Shown: piece after piece, positions 23,009 through 33,273 of the stretch
How the letters are laid out: every line of letters starts with the position of its first letter
How positions within the stretch are numbered: the stretch's first letter is position 1
Assembly: GCA_015222595.1 (NCBI GenBank)
Contig: JADFVP010000003.1
Span: 1 to 33,273 of the forward strand
DNA length: 33,273 bases
Direction: 5' to 3'
From: Pseudomonadota bacterium
GTDB lineage: Bacteria > Desulfobacterota > GWC2-55-46 > JADFVP01
Made by a program: the position numbers and the translations under genes
Notes under the pieces: generated by a model
What the model was told of the DNA's origin: nothing
Seen by the model: the letters and a program-made list of their open reading frames with translations, nothing else
Database searches by the model: none

Positions 23009-24598
23009 ATGAAAGTAAAAGTACTTATAAGCGACTCAATGTCGGCAAAAGCAACAGAGATATTCAACTCGCACCCTGAGATAGAGTGCGATGTAATAAC
23101 GGGCATGACTCCCGAAGAGCTGAAGGCAAAGATCGGCGAGTATCACGGATTAGCCATCAGAAGCTCCACGACCGTGACGGCCGAGATACTAGAAGCCGCC
23201 ACGAACCTGAAGGTCATAGGCAGAGCGGGAATCGGAGTAGACAACATAGACTCCGACATGGCTACGCAAAAGGGCGTTATCGTAATGAACACGCCGGGCG
23301 GAAACACAACCACAACGGCGGAGCACGCTGTAGCCATGATGATGGCTCTTGCGCGCAACATTCCGCAGGCGACCGCATCGATGAGAGAAGGCAAGTGGGA
23401 GAAGAAGCGTTTTCAGGGCACTGAGCTTACTGCAAAGACGCTCGGAATTCTCGGCGTCGGCAACATCGGCTCCATCGTGGCCTCTCGCGCAATAGGGCTC
23501 AGGATGAACGTTCTGGCCTTCGACCCGTACATCTCCACCGAGGCAGCCGACAAGATGGGCATAACGCTCGTTGACAAAGACGAGCTGTTTGCAAAGAGCG
23601 ACTTCATCTCCGTCCACATGCCGGTAACCCCGGAGACCCGCAACATGATTGGCACCGAAGCGTTTGCCAAGATGAAGAAGGGCGTGCGCCTTATTAACTG
23701 CGCGCGCGGCGGCATAGTGAACGAGGCCGACCTTGTAGCGGCCATAGAGGACGGAACCGTAGCGGGAGCTGCGCTCGACGTCTTCGAGACCGAGCCGACC
23801 ACGGCAGGCAACCCCGTGCTCGAGCGCGACGAGATAATTCTCACCCCGCACCTTGGCGCATCGACTCACGAAGCGCAAGAGAACGTGGCCATAGCCATTG
23901 CCGAGCAGATCTCGGACTATCTCATTAACGGCACGGTGCGGAACGCTCTGAACGTGCCTTCGGTTCCGGCTGAGCTTCTCGCTTCGCTTGGCCCCTACAT
24001 CAGCCTCGGCGAAGCGCTCGGAAGTTTTCAGGGCCAGACACTGAAGGGCGGCGTAGAGGAGATAACGGTAGAGTACTCCGGCGAGGTCGTCGATTACGAC
24101 ATCGCGCCCGTTACTATCGCATGCATAAAGGGACTTCTCGACCAGGTGCTGGATCTGAGCGTAAACTTCGTAAACGCCCCGTTCGTTGCAAAGGAGCGCG
24201 GTATAAAGGTCGTAGAGGTGAAGAGTTCGCGCTCCACAGACTTTACCAGCGCCATTACGATTAAAGTCAAGACGAAAGAAACCGAAAGTGTAGTAGAGGG
24301 CGCACTCTTTGGCAAGAGCGAGCCGCGCATCGTAAAGATAGACGAGTTCTTCTTGGACGCACGGCCCGAAGGCAACCTGCTCTTCGTTAAGAATGAAGAC
24401 GTACCCGGCGTTATTGGCGACCTCGGCACGCTGCTCGCAGAGAACTCCGTAAACATCGCCCAGCTCCACCTTGGGCGCGGAACCGTGGGAGGCGAGGCCG
24501 TAAGCATCTGGAACATAGACACGCCCCTTACCGCCGATATTGTCGAAAAGGTAATGGCGCTGCCGCACATGCTCTCTGCCAAGACCATCACCCTCTAG
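23009..24598 (+). CDS. serA: D-3-phosphoglycerate dehydrogenase (long form with ASB and ACT domains)
   Basis: The 529-aa protein has the NAD motif GILGVGNIGS and catalytic-region motifs (NCARGG, TPHLGAST). A C-terminal regulatory extension ends in an ACT-like fold. Confidence 0.95.
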   Translation: MKVKVLISDSMSAKATEIFNSHPEIECDVITGMTPEELKAKIGEYHGLAIRSSTTVTAEILEAATNLKVIGRAGIGVDNIDSDMATQKGVIVMNTPGGNTTTTAEHAVAMMMALARNIPQATASMREGKWEKKRFQGTELTAKTLGILGVGNIGSIVASRAIGLRMNVLAFDPYISTEAADKMGITLVDKDELFAKSDFISVHMPVTPETRNMIGTEAFAKMKKGVRLINCARGGIVNEADLVAAIEDGTVAGAALDVFETEPTTAGNPVLERDEIILTPHLGASTHEAQENVAIAIAEQISDYLINGTVRNALNVPSVPAELLASLGPYISLGEALGSFQGQTLKGGVEEITVEYSGEVVDYDIAPVTIACIKGLLDQVLDLSVNFVNAPFVAKERGIKVVEVKSSRSTDFTSAITIKVKTKETESVVEGALFGKSEPRIVKIDEFFLDARPEGNLLFVKNEDVPGVIGDLGTLLAENSVNIAQLHLGRGTVGGEAVSIWNIDTPLTADIVEKVMALPHMLSAKTITL

Positions 24599-24792
24599 GC
24601 CTTGGGGCCAATTTTGGGGGCCGGGTTTTAGCAGCGGGCTGACTACTGTTTGGGACCGATTCTCGGAACCGGTCTGCTTTAGGGTTGCGACTTGTGTTCG
24701 GGACAGCTTACTGTTCGAGGCCGACGCTTGGTGTTACGGCCCTGCTCTAGCGACACGGCTCTACTCTAACGACACGGCCCTGCTCTGGCACA
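24599..24792. repeat. degenerate short tandem repeat tract ending in three clear 19-bp units
   Basis: The three clear units are ACGGCCCTGCTCTAGCGAC, ACGGCTCTACTCTAACGAC and ACGGCCCTGCTCTGGCAC at 24736..24792. Upstream lie looser units of the type CT(A/T)(C/G)TGTT(T/C)G(G/A)G. Confidence 0.7.
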
Positions 24793-24863
24793 CAAAACAG
24801 CAGAAGCTGTAACAGAGTTTTTTAGCTCGATATTAGCTCACAGAGAAGAAAAGAGAGAATACA

Positions 24864-27184
<2,321 letters not shown>

Positions 27185-27297
27185 GCGGTCCAATTCGGGG
27201 CCGGGTGTGTTTAGAAGCCAGCTTCTAAAAAGTATAGAGCCGGACGGCTCCACGACAGCACGGTCGGGGCGAAAAAAAATTAAAGCAGAAATAGCTT

Positions 27298-27335
27298 CGG
27301 GCCGGTAGAGTGTACTCTACCGGCCCGGTTCATTT
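27298..27335. terminator. hairpin terminator shared by convergent purA and TPR-lipoprotein genes
   Basis: A 13-bp stem (CGGGCCGGTAGAG-TGT-ACTCTACCGGCCCG) is followed by GTTCATTTTA on the plus strand. A/T runs lie on both sides. Confidence 0.6.
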
Positions 27336-27372
27336 TATACCTAAAAAAAACCTACTTCTTGTCGGCCTCTTC

Positions 27373-27945
27373 CTAATTTCCAGGCGCCTTTTCGGGCTCC
27401 TTTGCCGGGGCCTTTTCAGGCCCGTTCTTGAGTACCTCTATATGGGTCTCGGCCTTCTGAGCCCACTTGCTTCCGGGCTCGGTGCGGCTTAAAAACTCTT
27501 GCCAGTTCTTTATGGCCCCGTCTACATTACCTTTGCTCTCGAGCGCCAGCGCGAGACCGTAGTAGGCGTTGGGAAACTCGGAGTCGGCCTCAAGAGCGCG
27601 CGCATGATACTCTATGGCCTTATCCATATCTCCCTTATCGAACCAGGCAAAACCGATATTATTGAGCGTAGACGGGCTGTGCGGGTTGTACTTAAGACTC
27701 TTCTCGAACTCCTCTATAGCCCCGTCGTAATTCTTCTGGTACAGGTTGGATATCCCGGAGTCGAAGTGGAGCTTGCCGGAGTCCGTACTCGGCTGCGTAG
27801 CGGTGCCGTCTACCGTACCTCCGCCCTGGCTCCCCTGTACGCCACTGTCGCCCGGCTCTGTAGCGCAACCGTAAATAGACAAAGCGCCGAGCAGCGCAAC
27901 TATCATGGCCTGTCGCTTGAAGTTGAATCTGGAAAAAACTCGCAT
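27373..27945 (-). CDS. TPR-repeat lipoprotein
   Basis: I prefer the ATG at 27945, preceded by AGGAG, which gives MRVFSRFNFKRQAMIVALLGALSIYGC with a lipobox Cys. TPR repeats follow (YDGAIEEFEKSLKYNPHS..., AIEYHARALEADSEF...). The tracked 28011 start adds 22 non-signal residues. Confidence 0.8.
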   Translation of the reverse strand: MRVFSRFNFKRQAMIVALLGALSIYGCATEPGDSGVQGSQGGGTVDGTATQPSTDSGKLHFDSGISNLYQKNYDGAIEEFEKSLKYNPHSPSTLNNIGFAWFDKGDMDKAIEYHARALEADSEFPNAYYGLALALESKGNVDGAIKNWQEFLSRTEPGSKWAQKAETHIEVLKNGPEKAPAKEPEKAPGN

Positions 27946-28099
27946 AGCAAAATCTCCTGTAAAGTAATGTTCGCCAATGGTGAGTCTATCAAAGAAATCG
28001 GCCCAACTCAAGCGCGCAAAGATGGCTTAAGTTAAGAACCGACTTTACCGAATAGACAAGTATCAGGCAGACTTACAACATAAAGGATAGAAAGCAGAC

Positions 28100-28486
28100 A
28101 TGGAAAACTTGAACAGGGCCGAAAGGCACGACCTAAAGATCATCGGCGAGATAAACAGCACGCCCCAGACAGGTACGGCCACGAGGCCGTTTCTCTGCAA
28201 CACGCTCAATATGAGCCTTACGGGAGCGCTGTTAGAGACGAGTCAGCTACTGCCTCTTGGCGCGCTGCTCGACTACTCGTTTCGTCTGCCCGGGGCCGGA
28301 GAGCGGGTTAAGGTGCTGGCCGAGATAGTACGGAGCGAGCCGGCTGAAACAAAGTCCAAAGTGCCGGGCGAAGGCGCAGAGGTACCGCAGAACATGCGGA
28401 GACAAACCCTCGGCCTCTACGGTATCCGCTTTCTTGAGATCAAAGAGTCCGACGTTGCGGCCATCAAGAGTTTTCTCCTTTCATAA
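28100..28486 (+). CDS. PilZ-like domain protein (candidate c-di-GMP receptor)
   Basis: The 128-aa protein has a (D/N)xSxxG motif (NMSLTGA) at the expected distance from an N-terminal Arg-containing segment (NRAERHDLK). That segment does not fit the canonical RRxxxR exactly. Confidence 0.55.
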   Translation: MENLNRAERHDLKIIGEINSTPQTGTATRPFLCNTLNMSLTGALLETSQLLPLGALLDYSFRLPGAGERVKVLAEIVRSEPAETKSKVPGEGAEVPQNMRRQTLGLYGIRFLEIKESDVAAIKSFLLS

Positions 28487-28560
28487 TAAAGTTCAGCCGT
28501 AACAGACTCTATGCCCCGCACTTTTTTCATAATACTCTTAAAGAGCTTTTATATAATACA

Positions 28561-28599
28561 GAACGGCCCCGGTTCGTAGTATACGAACCGGGGCCGTTC
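28561..28599. terminator. hairpin terminator shared by convergent PilZ-like and htpX genes
   Basis: A perfect 18-bp stem (GAACGGCCCCGGTTCGTA-GTA-TACGAACCGGGGCCGTTC) is followed by a T/C-rich tail on the plus strand. Confidence 0.7.
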
Positions 28600-28665
28600 A
28601 CTTTCTCGCTCTTTCTTTTTTGCCCTCTTTTATGTCGGGCACTTCGGGCTTACCGGTCCAGCCAA

Positions 28666-29526
28666 CTAACCGTTCAAGGTCATTGCTTCGAGTCTTCTTA
28701 TCCTCTCTTCCATAGGCGGGTGGGTGCTGAAGAGTTTACGCATGGACCCGCCCCCGAAGAGCGGACTGACGATAAAGAGGTGGGCCGTCGCCTTCGAGAC
28801 GTCGTCGGAGACAACGTGCATTGGAGCCACCTTATTAAAATTTTCGAGCTTGCGCAGCGCTCCGGCGAGCGCGTGCGATGACCCCGCGTACTCGGCCCCA
28901 AGCCTGTCTGCCGCATACTCCCTTGAGCGCGAAATGGCCATCTGAATGACCATTGCCGCCATCGGCGCCACTATCATCATCGCTATCAGCACAAACGGGT
29001 TGCTTCCCCGATCGTTATCCCTGCCGCCAAAGAGCGAGGCAAAGTACGCCATGTGCGCCAAGTAACTTATAGCCCCGGCAATGGTCGCCGCGAGCGTGGA
29101 AATCAAAATATCGCGGTTACTGATATGGGCAAGCTCATGGCCGATAACGCCTCGAAGCTCGTCTCTGGTAAGTATCTTCTGGATCCCGGAAGTAACCGCC
29201 ACAGCCGCGTGCGACGGGTTGCGGCCCGTTGCAAAGGCGTTAGGCGTCTCGTTCTCCATTATATAGACCTTCGGCATCGGAAGACCGGCCCTTATCGTAA
29301 GCTCTCTGACAACAGAGTAAAGCTCCGGGGCACTCGCCTCATCTACAGCTTTAGCCTTATAGATCTTCAGCACTATCTTGTCGCTGAACCAGTAGCTGAA
29401 AAAGTTCATTGCCGCTGCTATAACGAGCGCAATTATCGCACCCTGCCGTCCGCCGAGCATGTTGCCTATAAAGACAAAGAGCGCCGTCAAAAGCCCGAGC
29501 AGCGCCGCTGTTTTTACATAATTCAT
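28666..29526 (-). CDS. htpX: zinc metalloprotease HtpX (peptidase M48)
   Basis: Four TM segments and the HELAH (HExxH) motif with a downstream Glu are present. The overall architecture is HtpX-like. A GGAGG Shine-Dalgarno sequence precedes the start and a consensus promoter lies upstream. Confidence 0.93.
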   Translation of the reverse strand: MNYVKTAALLGLLTALFVFIGNMLGGRQGAIIALVIAAAMNFFSYWFSDKIVLKIYKAKAVDEASAPELYSVVRELTIRAGLPMPKVYIMENETPNAFATGRNPSHAAVAVTSGIQKILTRDELRGVIGHELAHISNRDILISTLAATIAGAISYLAHMAYFASLFGGRDNDRGSNPFVLIAMMIVAPMAAMVIQMAISRSREYAADRLGAEYAGSSHALAGALRKLENFNKVAPMHVVSDDVSKATAHLFIVSPLFGGGSMRKLFSTHPPMEERIRRLEAMTLNG

Positions 29527-29576
29527 ATTGGTACTACCTCCAGTTCGGTTCTACTCTCACTTCGTCATATACCTAT

Positions 29577-29605
29577 ATTATAGTTTTGATAACCACAGGT
29601 GTCAA
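29577..29605 (-). promoter_or_regulatory. sigma-70 promoter for htpX
   Basis: The minus strand reads TTGACA-N17-TATAAT, a perfect consensus, about 50 nt upstream of the htpX ATG. Confidence 0.65.
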
Positions 29606-29641
29606 GATAACGGGGTTGGCCAGTTTAATCGTGCGCCTAAA

Positions 29642-29669
29642 TTGACACTCTGCCAAAGAGTGCTAAAAT
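29642..29669 (+). promoter_or_regulatory. sigma-70 promoter candidate for the pirin gene
   Basis: The box is TTGACA-N16-TAAAAT, about 50 nt upstream of the GTG at 29721. It sits back-to-back with the htpX promoter. Confidence 0.55.
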
Positions 29670-29720
29670 TTAACATACCCTTACAAGCATGCAGACCAAT
29701 AAATAATAGAAGAGGTTGAG

Positions 29721-30434
29721 GTGATAAAGATAAGAAGGGCCGATGAGCGCGGGCACGCAGACCACGGCTGGCTCGACACCTACCATACCTTCTCCTTCGG
29801 CACGTACTACGCACCGGAGCACAACGGCTTCAGAGCTCTGCGCGTAATAAACGAAGACCGCGTAGCGCCCGGCAACGGCTTTGGCACCCACCCGCACGCC
29901 AATATGGAAATACTCTCGTACGTAATAAAGGGCGCGCTCGCACACTCCGACAGCACAGGAAACGGCACTGTTATTCGCAAGGGCGAGGTACAACGCATGA
30001 GTGCCGGAACCGGTATAACGCACAGCGAAAAGAACAGTTCGGAATCTGAAGAGGTACACTTTCTCCAGATCTGGATAACTCCGGAGAAGGAGAACCTTAC
30101 GCCGGGTTACGACCAGATCGAGTACGCGGGGCTCTGCACCGAGAACGAACTCTGCTTGATAGCTTCACGCGACGGCAGAGCGGGCTCTCTCAGTATCCAT
30201 CAGGACGTAGACCTCTACACCTGCACGCTCGGCTGTGGCGAGCGGTGCAACTATCTTGCTAAAAAGAAAAATCGGCACCAGTGGATTCAGGTGGTGAGCG
30301 GAAATTTGAGTGTAAACGGACATGCGCTAGGGCCGGGCGACGGCTGCGCCGTTAGCGAAGAGGAACTCGAAATGGAGGTGCCTGAAGAAGCGGACGAACC
30401 GGAGAGCGAATTTCTACTGATAGACCTGGCGTGA
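29721..30434 (+). CDS. yhhW: pirin-family bicupin (YhhW-like quercetinase-type protein)
   Basis: The N-terminus MIKIRRADERGHADHGWLDTYHTFSFGTYY...GFGTHPHANMEILSYV is collinear with E. coli YhhW as I remember it. The start is a GTG preceded by GAGG. Confidence 0.9.
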   Translation: MIKIRRADERGHADHGWLDTYHTFSFGTYYAPEHNGFRALRVINEDRVAPGNGFGTHPHANMEILSYVIKGALAHSDSTGNGTVIRKGEVQRMSAGTGITHSEKNSSESEEVHFLQIWITPEKENLTPGYDQIEYAGLCTENELCLIASRDGRAGSLSIHQDVDLYTCTLGCGERCNYLAKKKNRHQWIQVVSGNLSVNGHALGPGDGCAVSEEELEMEVPEEADEPESEFLLIDLA

Positions 30435-30615
30435 GGTACACCTGCAAAGACGCACTTTCAGGAATATCGAAGAACTGAGAAGTACCGGAAGAATGATCGA
30501 TACTGCTTGCTGTCACTTCGCTATACCCAGCCTATAAGACTATTTTCGATTTCCTTCTCGGTACGAGATAATAATGGCATAAACGCTTTCCAGCCACAGA
30601 CCCATGCCTCTACCT

Positions 30616-31866
30616 CTATCTGTGCTGTTGTTTGTCCCACACTTTGCAGACTTCGGTATGTTTGTCTGCACTACAGCCCTTTTTCATAATCCACTTTAGA
30701 GATATGGGGGAAATGAGTGTGGTGATGAAGGCCATAAGAATAAGCGCGGAGAACTGCTCATTTGTCAGAAGAGGCTCCGTAATGCTTCCCGAAGCCATAA
30801 GCTGGTCGCTCAAATTCACCACCACCACGGCGATCACAAGCTCAATGGCACCTCTACCGTTCATACCAAAAGCTATGGTACTCGACTCCCAGAAAGTACG
30901 CCCGCCCACAATCCCTCCAGCGGTGCAGCCTACAAGCTTGCCGATTATCGCCATGATAGTGATAACCGCTGTAAAGATCCAGAGCGAGAGATCTAGCTGT
31001 AGGTGTATATGGAAAGAGAGAGAGACAAAGAATATAGGGGCCAAGAAACCGTAGCTCAGGCCGTAAAACCTGTCGCGTATTACTTCGAAGACTTTCGGGT
31101 CTCTTACCAGTTTTCTTACGAACTGTCCGGCCACGAAGGCCCCTATTACAAGGTGAAGGCCTGCCAGTTCGGCGCAGTAGCCGAGCACAAGAGCTACGAG
31201 AAGTGCAAAGGTGAATGCTCTGGGGCCCTTGGGGTCAAAACGGAGGTCTAGGTTTCCCAACAAGTAATGGCTTACAACGATTACAACCGCAAAAAAGGCT
31301 CCGACCTTAAAGAGAACGAACAGTATGTTCAGTACATCTAGGTTTCCGCTCTGTGCAAGGCCGAGAAGAAGGGATAGCGTCATGAGTGCCAGTATATCAT
31401 CGGCTATTGCGGCGCCTATTATTATATGGCCTATCTGGCTCTTGTGTATCTGCATGTCAGTGAGCATTCTGGCCTGCACCGCCAGAGAAGTAATAGCGAG
31501 GCCCATGCCCATAAAAAGCGACTGGTACTGTGTCCCGCCAAAAGCTCTGGTGGATATATAGCCCAGAAAAAAGGGCAATGCGAAACCGCCGACAGCTACC
31601 AGAAGTGCTGGTTTCATGTGCTCAAGAAGCTCTTCCGGGTCCATCTCCATGCCGGAGAAAAAGATAAGGAAGAAGATCCCCAGCTCTGCCATCAGTTTTA
31701 TCGGCTCTGACCAACTTATAATACCAAGAAGCGTGGGGCCGAGTATGAGCCCGGCTACAAGCTCTCCGAGGATGACGGGCAGACCCCAACGGTAGAATAG
31801 GCTTCCTAGAACCCATGCTACAGTCAGTATCAAGATTAAATGAACTACTAGATAATCCGTCATCAT
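30616..31866 (-). CDS. cation:proton antiporter (Na+/H+ exchanger family, CPA-type, no KTN domain)
   Basis: The protein has about 12 TM helices and the typical N-terminal sequence LGSLFYRWGLPVILGELVAGLILGP. The start is ambiguous among the GTG at 31875, the ATG at 31866 and the ATG at 31863. No clear Shine-Dalgarno sequence is present. Confidence 0.88.
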   Translation of the reverse strand: MMTDYLVVHLILILTVAWVLGSLFYRWGLPVILGELVAGLILGPTLLGIISWSEPIKLMAELGIFFLIFFSGMEMDPEELLEHMKPALLVAVGGFALPFFLGYISTRAFGGTQYQSLFMGMGLAITSLAVQARMLTDMQIHKSQIGHIIIGAAIADDILALMTLSLLLGLAQSGNLDVLNILFVLFKVGAFFAVVIVVSHYLLGNLDLRFDPKGPRAFTFALLVALVLGYCAELAGLHLVIGAFVAGQFVRKLVRDPKVFEVIRDRFYGLSYGFLAPIFFVSLSFHIHLQLDLSLWIFTAVITIMAIIGKLVGCTAGGIVGGRTFWESSTIAFGMNGRGAIELVIAVVVVNLSDQLMASGSITEPLLTNEQFSALILMAFITTLISPISLKWIMKKGCSADKHTEVCKVWDKQQHR

Positions 31867-31907
31867 ACTGCCCACTATCAGTTTTTATGAATTGAGCTTA
31901 CATACTA

Positions 31908-31916
31908 ATTATACCA
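31908..31916 (-). promoter_or_regulatory. extended -10 promoter candidate for the antiporter gene
   Basis: The minus strand reads TGGTATAAT, about 40 nt upstream of the start region. Confidence 0.4.
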
Positions 31917-32205
31917 GATGGATCCTGCTTTTGAGTGGAGGTGCAGAGATAACGGCGCGCGGCTTCCTGACCAGCCCCTGAAAGGCTATTTCAAGTGCGT
32001 CAATTTCCGGCAGAGCTGTTGTGTGCTGAGGTCGGGCTAACAAGTACGGACTTTAGAAAGTACCCTTGAAGTGGGGGAGAAACGCCCTTGCTCCCTGCTA
32101 AATGCCTTTCTGACCCATAAGACGTAGCTACTGCCTCAGAGCGCAATATCAGTACGTCTTCGAAAGCGAAGGGAAGCCCAATACGATCACAGTGGTGAAG
32201 CCGGG

Positions 32206-33273
32206 TCATACCAGCTTTTTATATTTCATCCGGTGCGGCTGGAGCGCATCCGTGCCAAGACGCTTTTTCTTATCCTCTTCATAGTCGGCAAAGTTCCCTT
32301 CGAACCATTCGACACGGCCCTCTCCTTCAAAGGCTAGAATATGCGTGGCAACGCGATCCAAGAACCAGCGGTCATGGCTGATAATCACTGCGCAACCGGC
32401 GAAATCGAGCAGCGCCTCCTCCAGTGCTCTCAGTGTCTCTACATCAAGATCATTTGTCGGCTCGTCAAGCAGCAATACATTACCGCCGGATTTCAGCATC
32501 TTGGCCAGATGTACGCGATTTCGTTCACCGCCCGAAAGAGTTGCAACCTTCTTCTGCTGGTCGCCCCCCTTGAAATTGAAACGGCCGCAATAGGCGCGGC
32601 TTGGTATCTCAACCTTATCAAGAAAGATGGTCTCATGGCCTCCGGAAATCTCCTCCCATACGGTCTTATCGGGATCAAGCGCATCGCGTGACTGGTCCAC
32701 ATGGGCAAGCTGCACCGTCTCGCCGATTCTGAGTACTCCGGAGTCCGCCTTCTCAGAACCCGTCAGCATTCTAAAGAGCGTTGTTTTACCTGCACCGTTT
32801 GGGCCGATAATGCCGATTATTCCACCTCTGGGCAGATTGAAGTTCATGCCATCGATCAGTTCGGTATCACCAAAACCCTTGCAAAGATTTTCCGCTTCGA
32901 TCACCAGGTCTCCGAGGCGCTCGCTCACCGGAATGAAGATCTGCTTTGTTTCATTCCGTTTCTGCACCTCCGCTCCGGCGAGTTCGTCAAAGGCTCTTAA
33001 GCGCGCCTTGGATTTAGCGTGCCTGCCTTTAGTGCCGGCCCGCACCCACTCCAATTCGTGCCTGATCGCTCTCTGGCGTGAACTCTCCTGCTTCTCCTCA
33101 ACAGCCAGACGCTTCTCTTTCTGCTCCAGCCATGAAGAATAATTCCCCTCGTACGGAATGCCACGGCCACGGTCTAACTCCAGAATCCATCCTGCAACAT
33201 TATCGAGAAAATAGCGGTCATGCGTAACGGCCACGACCGTACCTTCATAGTCGTGGAGAAAACGCTCCAGCCA
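32206..33273 (-). CDS. ettA: ABC-F translational throttle ATPase EttA, N-terminal part outside window
   Basis: The frame stays open to the window end (…[25 protein letters not shown]). It continues with the inter-domain linker and a second ABC domain carrying [21 protein letters not shown] and [11 protein letters not shown]. Confidence 0.92.
   Translation of the reverse strand, partial: WLERFLHDYEGTVVAVTHDRYFLDNVAGWILELDRGRGIPYEGNYSSWLEQKEKRLAVEEKQESSRQRAIRHELEWVRAGTKGRHAKSKARLRAFDELAGAEVQKRNETKQIFIPVSERLGDLVIEAENLCKGFGDTELIDGMNFNLPRGGIIGIIGPNGAGKTTLFRMLTGSEKADSGVLRIGETVQLAHVDQSRDALDPDKTVWEEISGGHETIFLDKVEIPSRAYCGRFNFKGGDQQKKVATLSGGERNRVHLAKMLKSGGNVLLLDEPTNDLDVETLRALEEALLDFAGCAVIISHDRWFLDRVATHILAFEGEGRVEWFEGNFADYEEDKKKRLGTDALQPHRMKYKKLV

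Noticed and set aside
23189-24568. A 459-aa ORF antisense to serA, plus smaller antisense ORFs at 23413..23844 and 24094..24591.
   Set aside because: It lies entirely within the well-supported serA frame on the other strand. Its composition is Arg/Gly/Ala/Val-rich and low in complexity, typical of antisense frames in GC-biased coding DNA. It has no motifs and no Shine-Dalgarno sequence.
24786-24802. A sigma-54-like TGGCAC...GC element upstream of hisZ.
   Set aside because: The GG-to-GC spacing is one nucleotide too long, the -12 region lacks TTGC, and hisZ-purA is not an expected RpoN target.

Overview
This 33.3-kb chromosomal window is dominated by conserved housekeeping genes from a Gram-negative-type, apparently flagellated bacterium. 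GC looks roughly 50-55% by eye and was not computed.

I support 23 protein-coding genes:
- a 5'-truncated c-type cytochrome
- a pentapeptide-repeat protein
- a PomAB/MotAB-type stator pair
- a sensor/HAMP/GGDEF/EAL c-di-GMP enzyme
- smc followed by a Roadblock/LC7 gene
- ppdK and gyrA
- a TPR lipoprotein plus gpsA
- a SAM methyltransferase
- a TMTC-like GT-C/TPR membrane protein
- a class-V aminotransferase plus serA
- hisZ plus purA
- a second TPR lipoprotein
- a PilZ-like protein
- htpX
- a YhhW-type pirin
- a cation/proton antiporter
- a 5'-truncated ettA

I found no rRNA, tRNA, CRISPR array, transposase or integrase, phage genes or recognisable defence genes. I therefore do not claim a new multi-gene system.

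What the gene list does not explain is mostly non-coding:
1. A dispersed family of about 24-nt hairpin-forming intergenic motifs, with a 109-bp tandem duplication, at the 3' ends of gyrA, gpsA and the two following genes.
2. A 696-bp gene-free gap between ppdK and smc that holds a 74-bp-period tandem array.
3. A degenerate tandem array between serA and hisZ.
4. A purine-rich, terminator-capped tail after the GGDEF-EAL gene.
5. A possible promoter-to-terminator unit in the ppdK/gyrA divergent region.

The gene-level oddities worth follow-up are:
- a pentapeptide-repeat gene next to the stator genes, with sigma-28-like boxes
- a Roadblock/LC7 gene apparently co-transcribed with smc
- a methyltransferase converging on a TMTC-like glycosyltransferase

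All coordinates of short motifs were counted by hand from the printed sequence and may be off by a base or two.
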